From: a virus
Taxonomy: Duplodnaviria > Caudoviricetes
Reading direction: 5' to 3' (one strand)
Length of the DNA: 45,977 bases
Virus record (IMG/VR): IMGVR_UViG_3300021082_000047
Coordinates: 1-45,977 of that record
The first letter of the stretch is position 1, and each line of letters begins with the position of its first letter. The notes under the pieces were generated by a model that was not told where the DNA came from, did no database searches, and saw only the letters and a program-made list of their open reading frames with translations. A program made the position numbers and the translations under genes. This document shows positions 15,182 to 24,871 of the stretch, in pieces.

Positions 15182-15436
15182 TCAGGGAGCGAGCGGCGGG
15201 TTCAACACGTTGTTGATGTCCACCGTCTCCTGCTCGATCTGAGCGGCGACGGCGTTGATCGCCGCGTCCTCGGCACCATGCGCCGCCTGGTAGGCGGTGA
15301 CGAGCTGCGAGGTGGCGGAGGCGTTGGCCTGAACTGCGGCGGTGAGTCTGTCGAGGGCTGCTGACATGCGTCTTGCTCCGTGGGTGATGGAAAAGGAAAC
15401 GAACAGCGCCACGAGGGCGATGAATGCGACGGTCAT
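15182..15436 (-). CDS. Hypothetical protein with N-terminal TM segment and coiled coil
   Basis: MTVAFIALVALFVSFSI then Ala/Gln-rich heptads; ATGA overlap. Confidence 0.65.
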   Translation of the reverse strand: MTVAFIALVALFVSFSITHGARRMSAALDRLTAAVQANASATSQLVTAYQAAHGAEDAAINAVAAQIEQETVDINNVLNPPLAP

Positions 15437-15651
15437 TTGGTCTGCGCCGCCTTGCGGCGTGCGATTTCGCGCTGGATGTACCAGATGCTCTTTTCGAGAT
15501 CCTGGATGGCGTTCCCCTTCTCGTCAGCCCGCCAGATGTACTTCATGGCGTTCCCGAGGCAAAAGCCCATGTGCTCAGTGATCTCGATGCACTCGACCCC
15601 GGAAGGGTGCCCTGTGTAGTGCTGCGGGTAGTTGACCGGATCGTGAGTCAT
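15433..15651 (-). CDS. DUF3310 (SaV-like / T7 gp1.7-related) protein
   Basis: DPVNYPQHY..ECIEI..GFCLGNAMKYIWRA..K..QDLEKSIWY. Confidence 0.9.
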   Translation of the reverse strand: MTHDPVNYPQHYTGHPSGVECIEITEHMGFCLGNAMKYIWRADEKGNAIQDLEKSIWYIQREIARRKAAQTK

Positions 15652-16880
15652 CCCGCTCTCCTTCGCTTTCTTCCACGTCGAGCAGCAGCCACCGGAACCC
15701 GAACGACTGGAGAACCTTGGCGGCGTCGCGATCCATGCCAGTCCTCCACGGTCCTGATCCCCCGTTCCGTCTCCAGCACCTCGAGCTTGTGACGATCCGG
15801 CCAGAGGATCATCGTGCGATCCGGGTACAGGTTGTTGTGCGTGTACCCGTGCTCCGTGTCGTAGGCGCCGCGCCCCTTGTAGGATCCGAGCTGGATGACG
15901 TGCCGGCGCTTCTCGAACAGCTCCATCTCGGCCTGCCCGGTCGAATGCGTGTGCCCCGCGATGGTGGCGTCCACGTCGCGATGGTTGGTCCGCATGTGGC
16001 GGATGCCGGCGGCTGCCGGGTACTGCCCGCCGCCTCTGAACTTGTGGCGGATCTCCAGCTTGTAGGACTGGACGACCTTTGCGCGGTAGGCAAGGTTGAC
16101 CGTCAGGATCATCTCGTAGCGGGCGTATGGGATCTCCCTGGACAGGCGGCTCATGGCCACGTCCAGGTGGGAGTATCCGGCGATCTTCTGGGAAAAGAGA
16201 TCGTGGTTGCCGGCGTTGACGTAGAGCAGGCGGCCGGCGACGGCGATCCGGTCGAGGATCATCACCGCGGCGGCGATCTCCTCCTCTGGGCTGATCGCCG
16301 ACTTCCAGGCTTCCTCGATCAGCTTCTGCTTGATCGGGGCGTCAAGGACGTCGCCAACGGACCCGGCAAAGATCTTGGCAGTCTTGCTCTCGCACGCCTG
16401 GGCGACCGCGATCAGGTCGCGCGGGTTGGTCTGCGGCGATCCGATGTGCATGTCGCCCATGTGGATGATCGCCACGGGCTCGCCAGGGGCGCTCAGGTTG
16501 ATCGTGACGGTCCGGTAGACCTCTTGGGCCTGTTGCTCGCTGTGGCGGTCGTAGCGGTCCTGTAGCTCGCTCAGGAGCATCGCAGGCGCGAGGCGGTAGG
16601 GCGCGTTGGCGGTGACGCCGGCGCCCAGGGTGACGGTGCGAGCCGTTGCGTTTTCTGCAACAGCTGGCCCGCCCAGGCACTCCTGCCGGTACTCGGCAAA
16701 GCTCTTGCTGTGGTGAGAGCATGGGGCGGTCGTGCTCTTGAATGGAGCGTCCAGCGCCTTTAGCCCGTGGGCGAAGCCGATAGCACCAGTCTTCTCGCCG
16801 TGGGCATCGCACCACGCGGCGGCGCGGCGCCCCCACTCGACGCACTCCGCCCAGGACATTCTCCCGACATCGCCGCGCAT
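15648..16880 (-). CDS. Calcineurin-like metallophosphoesterase
   Basis: GDMHIG, GDVLD, GNHD, GHTH motifs. Confidence 0.88.
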   Translation of the reverse strand: MRGDVGRMSWAECVEWGRRAAAWCDAHGEKTGAIGFAHGLKALDAPFKSTTAPCSHHSKSFAEYRQECLGGPAVAENATARTVTLGAGVTANAPYRLAPAMLLSELQDRYDRHSEQQAQEVYRTVTINLSAPGEPVAIIHMGDMHIGSPQTNPRDLIAVAQACESKTAKIFAGSVGDVLDAPIKQKLIEEAWKSAISPEEEIAAAVMILDRIAVAGRLLYVNAGNHDLFSQKIAGYSHLDVAMSRLSREIPYARYEMILTVNLAYRAKVVQSYKLEIRHKFRGGGQYPAAAGIRHMRTNHRDVDATIAGHTHSTGQAEMELFEKRRHVIQLGSYKGRGAYDTEHGYTHNNLYPDRTMILWPDRHKLEVLETERGIRTVEDWHGSRRRQGSPVVRVPVAAARRGRKRRRAG

Positions 16881-17125
16881 CAGGCCCTCACCCGGACTCT
16901 GGCGCGCATCGGCACGATTTGGGCGCGCTTCAGGCGCCGCTCGTCTCGCTTGTATCCCGTCCGCAGCGCTTCCTCGCGCGCGTGGTAGTCCTTCCGCTCC
17001 AGGTAGACCACCTCGAACCGCCCGCACTCGGCGGCGGTACCCGTGAACATCGCCGTCACGCCGTCTATGTGGATCACAGAGAACAGCCGCAGGCCCTGCT
17101 CGACGCACTCAAAGCGTACTTGCAC
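16880..17125 (-). CDS. Small hypothetical protein (GTG start after GGAGG)
   Basis: MQVRFECVEQG..FTGTAAECGRF; TGATG junction. Confidence 0.6.
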   Translation of the reverse strand: MQVRFECVEQGLRLFSVIHIDGVTAMFTGTAAECGRFEVVYLERKDYHAREEALRTGYKRDERRLKRAQIVPMRARVRVRA

Positions 17126-17204
17126 GCGCCATCCTCCATGATGGTTGGTTGTTCCTGGCCCGGGCGGCACTGACATGCCGTCCGGCCTCATTTAGACGCC
17201 TGAT

Positions 17205-19487
17205 TTAGCCGACCGACTCTGGCTCAGTCTTCCTGGATCTCCTTGCGCGCAAAGCGGACATGTTCGGCACGTCGAAGGTCAAGTCTTCGTCGACCACCAC
17301 GAGTTCGAACAGGTTGACGGTGAACTCCTCTACCTGCACGGGTGCCACAAGCGTGGACGTGGGCGTCCATCTCGTCACAAGAGTCTGGACGCCGTCGACG
17401 GTCCTGACGAGCGCGAGCGGCACGGCGGGGTTGAGCCCGTAAGCCTCCGGCACGAGCCGTATGTCGACCCACCTCGGCCCTGGCGCGCACGCCAGCACGG
17501 GCGACGACATCCCGGCCTTGTAGCAGTGGCATACGACGACGGCGACGCTCCCATCTTGCGCCTGCCACACGGCCGTTTGGACCGGGTACGGCCCGCACAG
17601 GGCGGCAACGCGCGCCTCCTCAAACGTGCCTGCGAATGACGATGCGTTGAGCGTGAACGTGTAGTCATCGCCAAAGCCGAGAACCCGCTTGCCGTGGAAG
17701 TAGTCGGCGGCAGGGCCGGTCGCGAAGTCCACGAGCTTCTTGACCCACTGCCAGAGCATGCCGAACGTTCCGGTGGCCGGATTGGAAGTGTTGACGAGCG
17801 TGTTGGCGGCGGTGAGGTCGGATACGGTCGCGATGCCTGTTGCAAGCCAGTCCTTCGTGATGGCCTGGTTGGTCGCGTAGATGTACGGCTCGTTGCCCTC
17901 GGCAACCCCGATGCCGTCCAGCTTGCAGGTGCGGATGAGTTCGCCTGCGATGTAGGACTGTGACCGGACGTCGTTGCCGGCCTCGTACGTGTGCCACGGC
18001 TTCCAGATGCCGCACAGATCCAGCACGTCAACGGTGGCCGTGTCGACGACCTCGGCATGAATGATCGTCTCGGCCACAGCCGCACGCCGCGCCGTTCGGA
18101 TGGCCTGGAGCGCCGCCTTGAGGCCGGCCCTTTGCAGCGTGAACGTCCATCCAGTATCTGCCGCAAGGTCTTCCTGCGCCAGCCCGACCATAGCGTCGTA
18201 GTAGACGGTAAAGGCGTCGAGGTAGATGCCGGTCGGCTTCTCGCCGCTGTGCAGCGTGTAGTACCCGGCGATGACCTCCAGCAGCACGTTGTCCGTGGAT
18301 GCGTGGGTGTAGTCCCACATGTAGGCGTCGAGGGCGTTCTGCCTGGCGGTGCCAGCAGAATCGTGCAGCATCATCGGCTTCAGATCACCGAAGCCGCTGT
18401 AAGAGTCAGGGTCGTACGGAGATCCCTGCGCCGCGAGCCAAAAGGCTTCGAGAGTGTAGATGGAGACGTCGATGCTCGCGGTACGAAGCGTCGTGATCCC
18501 GTCCAGGTAGTCCAGCGTCAGCGCAGACAATCCCGGGTATGGAGGATGATCCTGGAACGATCCGTCCTCGAACCGCCACCGCACGAGTAGCTTGCTTGCG
18601 CCTATGTATGCGGCAAGGCTGGTGGCCTCGGCAGCTATTGCGGTAGACCCCGTGCCGTTGTTGAAGACGAGCGCCTTCGTCTTGACCTTAGACGAAACAC
18701 TCGCAGCGTTGTACCAGTGCCCTCGCGTGCCCCACGGACGCGAGCCCGACGCGAACCAGTCGCGGTACCTATCGCAGAAGTCCTGGTAACAGAGGCGTCC
18801 GTCGGGAGAGATGCCCGTGAACGGCTCAAGGTGGACCTCGTACGTCTTGGCGTACGTCTTGGTCAACTGATACCGGCGATCCATGTGGTGCTGGTAGTAG
18901 AGCAACGTGGAGGCGGTCAGCCCGGTGAGCTTCGCGCTGATGCCGTTGTTCTCCTCGTCGTCGCACCAGAGCATGAGGCAGTTCTTTGACTGCGCGTCGT
19001 AGATGCCTGAGAACAGAAGCGACGGCGGCAGGATATTCAGCGCGCCCGATACGTCCGTCTGCGTGTGAGGCTCAGGGATGACAGCGCCGCCGAGCACGCC
19101 CCACGACTGCGCTCCGGTGCCGTAGTTCAGCGGCGACACATGCGGAAAGCGGATGTGAACGACTGAAAGCCCGGCGGGGCACGCCGACACTTCGGGCGCT
19201 CGGTAGGAGAGCGTCCCGTCTACCTCCTCCTGAACGTAGAACTTGAATTGCAGCCCTGTCAGCGGGGCAATGGCGTCGTAGGTGATGGTGTAGAGCCCAT
19301 TCACGGGGCCGGCGAGCGCGGGCGCGCTAAAGTTGGCGATACCGATGTCGGCTTCCGTGCCTGGAGGATTCGCGTAGACTCGCGCCGCAAAGAAGTACTG
19401 CGGATCAAAGCTCCAAGTGACACCGTTGGCCGTGACGGTCTGAATGAACAGACCGTAGGTCGGATCAACCGCAGTCGTGAAACTCAT
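17205..19487 (-). CDS. Putative glycoside-hydrolase-like protein (760 aa; DUF6259/GH-D-clan-like layout)
   Basis: N-terminal beta-rich domain, YQDFCDRYRDW linker, TIM-barrel-like core with GIYLDAF, C-terminal TAVWQAQDGSVAVVV beta domain. Confidence 0.55.
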   Translation of the reverse strand: MSFTTAVDPTYGLFIQTVTANGVTWSFDPQYFFAARVYANPPGTEADIGIANFSAPALAGPVNGLYTITYDAIAPLTGLQFKFYVQEEVDGTLSYRAPEVSACPAGLSVVHIRFPHVSPLNYGTGAQSWGVLGGAVIPEPHTQTDVSGALNILPPSLLFSGIYDAQSKNCLMLWCDDEENNGISAKLTGLTASTLLYYQHHMDRRYQLTKTYAKTYEVHLEPFTGISPDGRLCYQDFCDRYRDWFASGSRPWGTRGHWYNAASVSSKVKTKALVFNNGTGSTAIAAEATSLAAYIGASKLLVRWRFEDGSFQDHPPYPGLSALTLDYLDGITTLRTASIDVSIYTLEAFWLAAQGSPYDPDSYSGFGDLKPMMLHDSAGTARQNALDAYMWDYTHASTDNVLLEVIAGYYTLHSGEKPTGIYLDAFTVYYDAMVGLAQEDLAADTGWTFTLQRAGLKAALQAIRTARRAAVAETIIHAEVVDTATVDVLDLCGIWKPWHTYEAGNDVRSQSYIAGELIRTCKLDGIGVAEGNEPYIYATNQAITKDWLATGIATVSDLTAANTLVNTSNPATGTFGMLWQWVKKLVDFATGPAADYFHGKRVLGFGDDYTFTLNASSFAGTFEEARVAALCGPYPVQTAVWQAQDGSVAVVVCHCYKAGMSSPVLACAPGPRWVDIRLVPEAYGLNPAVPLALVRTVDGVQTLVTRWTPTSTLVAPVQVEEFTVNLFELVVVDEDLTFDVPNMSALRARRSRKTEPESVG

Positions 19488-19536
19488 CGCCCTGGAGCCG
19501 CCAGCGGGATGTTAGCCACTTGCGCCGGCGATCTCA

Positions 19537-22500
19537 TCAAAGTGTGTAGCCCTGGCAGAAGAGTCCCGTGTGCTTCTGAGGCCAGATGTTGTAGTTGAGC
19601 GCACCGTTGCCGGAGTTGGATGCGCCCGTTACGCCCGTGGGCGACGAACTCATGCCAGGGAACTTGACGCTTGGATCAGCGTAGGCCATCTTGCAAAGCT
19701 GATCGTAGAGCTGCAACCACGTCAACCCGCCCGGAGCGACCGCGCCCGGGAACCACGACGACAGGTACGCAAAGATCGGCATCTCTTCGATCTGATGCGG
19801 GTAGTTGTTGTATGAGTTGTTGGCGTTCCCTGGGGAGTTGAACACCTGGATGGGCGTGTTGTTCCACGTCGCGCCGCCGCCGCTCATGTCCGGGTACATG
19901 CGGTACGCCGCCTCGGCCATGCCGTTCCCGATAAAGCGAACGTTGTTCGTGTACCACCACGACACCATGTCCTTCCACTCGGCGAGGCGCGTCGGGTGCA
20001 GGGCCTCGTCGACCATCCACCTCGTGATCCACTTGAACATGCCCTCGGTGTTGCCCCCGAGCGCGCCCGTGGTGATGGGCGTGACTGTTGGCGTTTGGGT
20101 GATAGGCACCCATTTTGTCTTGGTTGCCACGCCCAGCGCCGCAGTGCAAGTAGCCGACTGGTCAACAGCGGTCCATATCTTGCCGAGATACGTGGACGCT
20201 TTCGTCTTGAGCGTTGCGGCCCGCGCGGTGTAGCTGCCACCCTTGAGGAGGCACACCTTACGGAACAACCACCACGACTCCATGACGTGCGCGGCACCGC
20301 GGGTTCCAGTAGACGGACCGCTGGCATTGCCGCCAGAGTTGCCGGTGAACGGGGAGTTCTCGTTTTCGAGTTGAACCAGCCGGCGCTCCCAAGCGTCGTG
20401 GATGAGCGGATCGTTGCCCTCTGTGAGCAGTTCGCCGAGGACCAGCGCAGTGTCCCACGTCTTGCCGTAGAACGGGATGCCGCCAGCAGCGCCACCAGTG
20501 CCCATCCTCGCAAACAGGATTGTGCCGTTGTATGTAAACGAGGTCGCGCCCTCGTCGCACTGCATCCCTTTGTAGATCCCTGCCGCGTCGGTGCGATTGA
20601 TGGCCGTGCGGCAGAACGTTCGCAGCAGTCCAAGAAAATACTCGTATGTTCCTTGCGCGTTGGACGCGGCAGGATGGCGGCACACGTAGAGCCCGTAGAA
20701 CAGGATCGAGTAGTACCAGCCGGGGCGCAGATTTTGTGACGCGCCGTCCTCTGGGGAGATTGTGTAGAGACCGGTGTACCACGTCTTGTACGGATTCGGG
20801 TTCAGATTCGTCGCAGGCCCAGGGTGATGGGCGTGCATGAACTCGATGCGAGTCAGCGCCGTCATCCTGACTTGCTGCGCCGGCAAGTTGACGTTGGTGT
20901 AGTTGGCGGCGTCGTGCTGCGAAAGATCCATCAGGTAGCCGAGGAACGGCCACGCAGCGATGCGAGTCTCGTCCACTTCAACCACGGTCAGCGCGTTTGC
21001 GATCGTCAGCGCGGACGGCAGCGCCTCGTGCGGGTCGGCGCTCGGCAGGAAGCGCCAGTACATCGACTCGCCGCCGTCGAGCATGTGGATGCTCTTGCTT
21101 GGCTCGTAAGGCCCTCCCGCGACGTTGGAGACGTTCGACCGCGCCGGATGCTTGGGCGTCGTCGGCTTGACCAGCGACCATGCGTCACCGACGTGAGTCG
21201 CGCCACAATACTCCTCGCCGAACATCACGATCCGGCCTGGGATGTTGGCGTCGACCGTCTGGAAGTACACCGGGCACCCAAGCGGCTGACCGCTGATGTA
21301 GCCGCGGCTGAGATTCTGCATCTCAAAGTGCCCTGCGGTCATGGTCACCTTGAGTCCGAGCGGGCAGCCGTTGGGGGCGTTGCCGGCGATCAGCGTCCCG
21401 GCAGGAGGCGCGGATTTCGCGGCAAGGTCGAGAGTTTGCGAGAGTGTGTAGAAAGGCGAGACGCTGGTGGACGCGCCGCCTGTCGCTCCGTTCAGGATCG
21501 TCGCGGCGCATCCTTCGCCAACGGTCAGGATCGTTCCATCGCGGAACGCGATCTGCTGCGTTCCGGGCGCGAGGACAGGCAGCACAGACAGCGCGAATAC
21601 CTTGGTCCCCGTGGTGTGAGCGGCTTCCACAGCGGACACGGTGAACGTCGACGTGCCGAGGACGGTAGGCGTTCCAGAGAGCAATCCGCCGGAGGAGAGC
21701 GAGAGCCCAGTCGGCAGCGACCCAACAGTCACCGACCACGTAGGAGTGGTGCCGCCGGTCTGCGTGAGCTGCACAGGCGTGTAGACGGCGTTGAGGGTCG
21801 CGGCGGGAAGCGGGCTGCCCGAGGTGATGACGATGACCGTTGACTGAGTCACCGCGAGAGAGCAGGCGACGGACGCGGGTGGGCCGATTCCGTCCGATGC
21901 CGTGACCGTGAATGTGTACGGACCGGCGGCGGCAGGCGTTCCCGATAGCAGCCCCGAGCTCGACAGCGTGACGCCAGTCGGCAGCGTGCCTGCGCTCTTG
22001 GTCCAGGTCAGCGTGCCGATGCCGCCCGTCGCGACGAACTGGACCGGCGTCATCAGGACGCTGACGGCGGCGCTCGTGAGCGCGCCTGACGTCGTGATCG
22101 CAATGGCCGGATACGCCGTCACCGTGAACGGGCCGGCCTGGCCGAATCCGCCGGTCGTCGTCTCCGTGATCCGCACGCCGTAGTTCGTGGCCGCAGGCAA
22201 AGAGGCAGGCAGCGTGGTCGTCGCCGTCCAGACACCAGGCGAGCCTTCTACTGGCGTCGTCGTGGTGATGACGCCGGCGGGAAGCGATCCCGTGTACGCC
22301 TGGACTTCCCACGCGGGCGAGGCGGGCTGATTGGCGCAGGTCCACCCGAGCGCGACAGCCGTGCCGGCTCCGTAGGATCCGCCGGCGGCCGGCGCAGTGA
22401 CGACCACTCCCGCAGTCGCACCGAGCACGGTCATCACGAACAGCTTCGTGCCGTCGAAGGCGACGCCGTCCGATGCTCGAAGCGTCACCGTAAACGGACC

Positions 22501-23400
22501 GCTCGCCGTTGGGATGCCTGTGATGAATCCGTTTCCACTCATGGTCAGTCCAGTCGGGAACGCACCTGAAACGATGGACCAAACCACAGGCAGGGACGAT
22601 CCCGTGTACTGCAGGTGGACTGGCGTATAGGACATTCCCACGACGCCGGAAGGAAGCGGCGACTGCGTGGTAATGATGATCGCGCCCGGATCGGGGAGAA
22701 TCAGCGGCTCTGCGAGGATGGAGAGCGAACAGGCGAGCGTGTCGGATGTGGAGCCGTCGGTTGCCTCAACGGTGAACGTTTCGGCGCCCGGCGCGGTTGG
22801 CGTGCCGACGAGCTGGCCGTTTAGCTGAAGCGTTAGCCCAGCAGGCAGCGATCCCACGGTCACCGACCATTCGATGCCAGCAACGCCGCCGCCAGCCTGC
22901 AACTGCAACGAGTACGTCTGACCAACGATCCCATTCGGGAGAGGCGACGTCGTGATGATGCTTACCGGATTCTCAAGCTCGTAAGCATTGGCGGCACAGA
23001 CTATCTCGTAGTCGTGCGTTGCCGGGAGCACTACCGCAGGCTCGCCCTCTTCGTTCTGGTTCAGATAGGACGGGTCGATATACGCCCGGATCCTGACGTT
23101 GAACGTTTCGATGTCCGTGCTGTTGCCCGTCAGCAGCCCATTCTCGGTGAGGATGATTCCGTCGGGCAACTCGCCCAGATCGAGCTGATACAGAAGCGGC
23201 AGCCCCGACTGCGTCTGTCCTCCCGGCCCGTTGTAGACCGAGTACGCGACGATCTGGAAGTTGTAGTCGAGCCCGGCGATGACGTTGGGGATCTCGTTGG
23301 TGACGAACACAACGCCTGCCTGTGGTGGCTCGGCACCAGCCGCTACGACCTGCCGCCTGCGCCGAAGCGCGTTCTGGACTGCTGCTGAACGTGGCGGCAT
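19537..23400 (-). CDS. Large protein with tandem putative-Ig (He_PIG-like) domains and a ~650-aa C-terminal domain
   Basis: Five repeats of ITT.SPLP....Y...L...GG....W.V..G.LP.GL.L...G.L.GTP...G..TFTV.A plus one other Ig-like unit; no signal peptide. Confidence 0.85.
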   Translation of the reverse strand: MPPRSAAVQNALRRRRQVVAAGAEPPQAGVVFVTNEIPNVIAGLDYNFQIVAYSVYNGPGGQTQSGLPLLYQLDLGELPDGIILTENGLLTGNSTDIETFNVRIRAYIDPSYLNQNEEGEPAVVLPATHDYEIVCAANAYELENPVSIITTSPLPNGIVGQTYSLQLQAGGGVAGIEWSVTVGSLPAGLTLQLNGQLVGTPTAPGAETFTVEATDGSTSDTLACSLSILAEPLILPDPGAIIITTQSPLPSGVVGMSYTPVHLQYTGSSLPVVWSIVSGAFPTGLTMSGNGFITGIPTASGPFTVTLRASDGVAFDGTKLFVMTVLGATAGVVVTAPAAGGSYGAGTAVALGWTCANQPASPAWEVQAYTGSLPAGVITTTTPVEGSPGVWTATTTLPASLPAATNYGVRITETTTGGFGQAGPFTVTAYPAIAITTSGALTSAAVSVLMTPVQFVATGGIGTLTWTKSAGTLPTGVTLSSSGLLSGTPAAAGPYTFTVTASDGIGPPASVACSLAVTQSTVIVITSGSPLPAATLNAVYTPVQLTQTGGTTPTWSVTVGSLPTGLSLSSGGLLSGTPTVLGTSTFTVSAVEAAHTTGTKVFALSVLPVLAPGTQQIAFRDGTILTVGEGCAATILNGATGGASTSVSPFYTLSQTLDLAAKSAPPAGTLIAGNAPNGCPLGLKVTMTAGHFEMQNLSRGYISGQPLGCPVYFQTVDANIPGRIVMFGEEYCGATHVGDAWSLVKPTTPKHPARSNVSNVAGGPYEPSKSIHMLDGGESMYWRFLPSADPHEALPSALTIANALTVVEVDETRIAAWPFLGYLMDLSQHDAANYTNVNLPAQQVRMTALTRIEFMHAHHPGPATNLNPNPYKTWYTGLYTISPEDGASQNLRPGWYYSILFYGLYVCRHPAASNAQGTYEYFLGLLRTFCRTAINRTDAAGIYKGMQCDEGATSFTYNGTILFARMGTGGAAGGIPFYGKTWDTALVLGELLTEGNDPLIHDAWERRLVQLENENSPFTGNSGGNASGPSTGTRGAAHVMESWWLFRKVCLLKGGSYTARAATLKTKASTYLGKIWTAVDQSATCTAALGVATKTKWVPITQTPTVTPITTGALGGNTEGMFKWITRWMVDEALHPTRLAEWKDMVSWWYTNNVRFIGNGMAEAAYRMYPDMSGGGATWNNTPIQVFNSPGNANNSYNNYPHQIEEMPIFAYLSSWFPGAVAPGGLTWLQLYDQLCKMAYADPSVKFPGMSSSPTGVTGASNSGNGALNYNIWPQKHTGLFCQGYTL

Positions 23401-23994
23401 TTACAGATCCAGCTCTCTGATGCGGAACTCGAAAAGCTCGTTGTGGTCGCCGTCTGGATGCGGCACGCCTCGGCAGAAATCGAGGTGATGCACGAACTCG
23501 TGCCGCCACGTCTGCTTGATCGCTTCTTCGCAGAACGGCTGGCCGTCGGCATCCTGCATCCAGACTTCAATCAGGTGGCCGTCGTTCTGGTAATGGCCGA
23601 GCTTGAAGATGCGGGCAATGGGGATGTCCCAACACTCGACGACGCGGCACGGAGTGGGCGCGTCGATGAACGACGTGACCGGATCGGGGATGCCGAACCT
23701 GACTGCCAGTTCTCGCCCCCTCCGATCCGACCACGCACACAGTCCGAACACCGTAGGGCGGGAGTCCGCGGCGAGCTTGTACGCAGGCGAGGTCGGCTTG
23801 GGGGCGATGACCTCGAACGGCCCGTGCCTCTCCGGCGCCGCGCACGAGAACAGGCACAGGCACGCCACCACGCCAACGAGCAGCATCACCCAGAACCACC
23901 CGAGCGGGGCGTCATCGCGCGGCGGGAGGATGATCGGCTTGTTGTTGATTCCGTACTGGTGAGGGCGGTCGTATCCCAAGTCGCGGAACCTCAT
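23401..23994 (-). CDS. Membrane/lipid-anchored zinc metallopeptidase-like protein (HExxH)
   Basis: Hydrophobic segment ending LFSC; WRHEFVHH..HPDGDHNELF (SprT-like third His); ATGA overlap with the holin-like gene. Confidence 0.65.
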   Translation of the reverse strand: MRFRDLGYDRPHQYGINNKPIILPPRDDAPLGWFWVMLLVGVVACLCLFSCAAPERHGPFEVIAPKPTSPAYKLAADSRPTVFGLCAWSDRRGRELAVRFGIPDPVTSFIDAPTPCRVVECWDIPIARIFKLGHYQNDGHLIEVWMQDADGQPFCEEAIKQTWRHEFVHHLDFCRGVPHPDGDHNELFEFRIRELDL

Positions 23995-24212
23995 CGCTTG
24001 CTGAACCACCAAGAAACGAGCCCGCCGAAGATGACGCCGCCGATGGCACCGAACGCAGCGGCCTTGGCCCGCATGGCGGCGATGTTCTCCTGGATGGCTG
24101 AGAGGGTCTTTTGCATCTCGTCCATGCCCTCCTTCAGCTCCTCCAGTTGGCTCACGACCAAACGGCGGTACTCGCTCCATGAGCCACGATCTTCCTCCTC
24201 GGCGGGCGCCAC
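23991..24212 (-). CDS. Holin-like / XhlA-like protein (coiled coil plus C-terminal TM)
   Basis: WSEYRRLVVSQLEEL..heptads..AAAFGAIGGVIFGGLVSWWF. Confidence 0.55.
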   Translation of the reverse strand: MAPAEEEDRGSWSEYRRLVVSQLEELKEGMDEMQKTLSAIQENIAAMRAKAAAFGAIGGVIFGGLVSWWFSKR

Positions 24213-24216
24213 GGAA

Positions 24217-24381
24217 CTACTTGGCGGGCTTGCTGTCGGTGCCGAACGGATTGAGGACTTCGGCCTTGCCGTCGGCCTTGCCCTCGACGGTGCCGTCCAC
24301 GGCGCATCCGACAGCGGCGACCGCGATGCCGCCCAACGCCACGAGGCAAACGACGCTGAGGATCTTCTCGAACTTGGTCAT
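24217..24381 (-). CDS. Small lipoprotein (54 aa; not in ORF track)
   Basis: MTKFEKILSVVCLVALGGIAVAAVG-C; AGGAG RBS. Confidence 0.65.
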   Translation of the reverse strand: MTKFEKILSVVCLVALGGIAVAAVGCAVDGTVEGKADGKAEVLNPFGTDSKPAK

Positions 24382-24391
24382 GGCTGATCTC

Positions 24392-24871
24392 CTATCGGTT
24401 CTTGATGGATGCGATGAGCGCCGCGACGGGCGCGGTCATGTGCGGATTGGAGGCGGCGTTCGCCTTGAACTCCTTGGCTGCCTCTGGCGACAGCTCCGAA
24501 GCGGCATCAACGGCGACGGTCGCCGTCTTCTTTGCCGTGCGGTACTTGGCGAACGATGCCGCCAGGACCATCAGGAAGCCTCCCAGCGAGCTGAAGGCGG
24601 TCCCTGGGTTCTGCTTTGCCCATTCGGTCAGCTCGGCTGGCGTGCCCTCTACGGGCGCTCCCTTGGCTGCCAGCTCAGCGCGGGCCGCGTCGAGCTTGGC
24701 GTCCAGCTTCTCCTTCATCGCAGGCAGGGCGTCCGATACCGCCTTCACCCGGGCGGCCACCACCTGGACGTCCTCAGCCGTCCGGTTTGCCTTCTCCATG
24801 AACTGCGTCGAACCGCAGCTCTGCCAGAGCGGAAGGACCAGGAGGAGCGGGATCATCAGGCTTCGCAACAT
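24392..24871 (-). CDS. Lipoprotein with coiled coil and internal TM segment (spanin-like topology)
   Basis: Signal ending WQS-C, helical linker, TAFSSLGGFLMVLAASFA hydrophobic segment; GGAGG RBS. Confidence 0.65.
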   Translation of the reverse strand: MLRSLMIPLLLVLPLWQSCGSTQFMEKANRTAEDVQVVAARVKAVSDALPAMKEKLDAKLDAARAELAAKGAPVEGTPAELTEWAKQNPGTAFSSLGGFLMVLAASFAKYRTAKKTATVAVDAASELSPEAAKEFKANAASNPHMTAPVAALIASIKNR

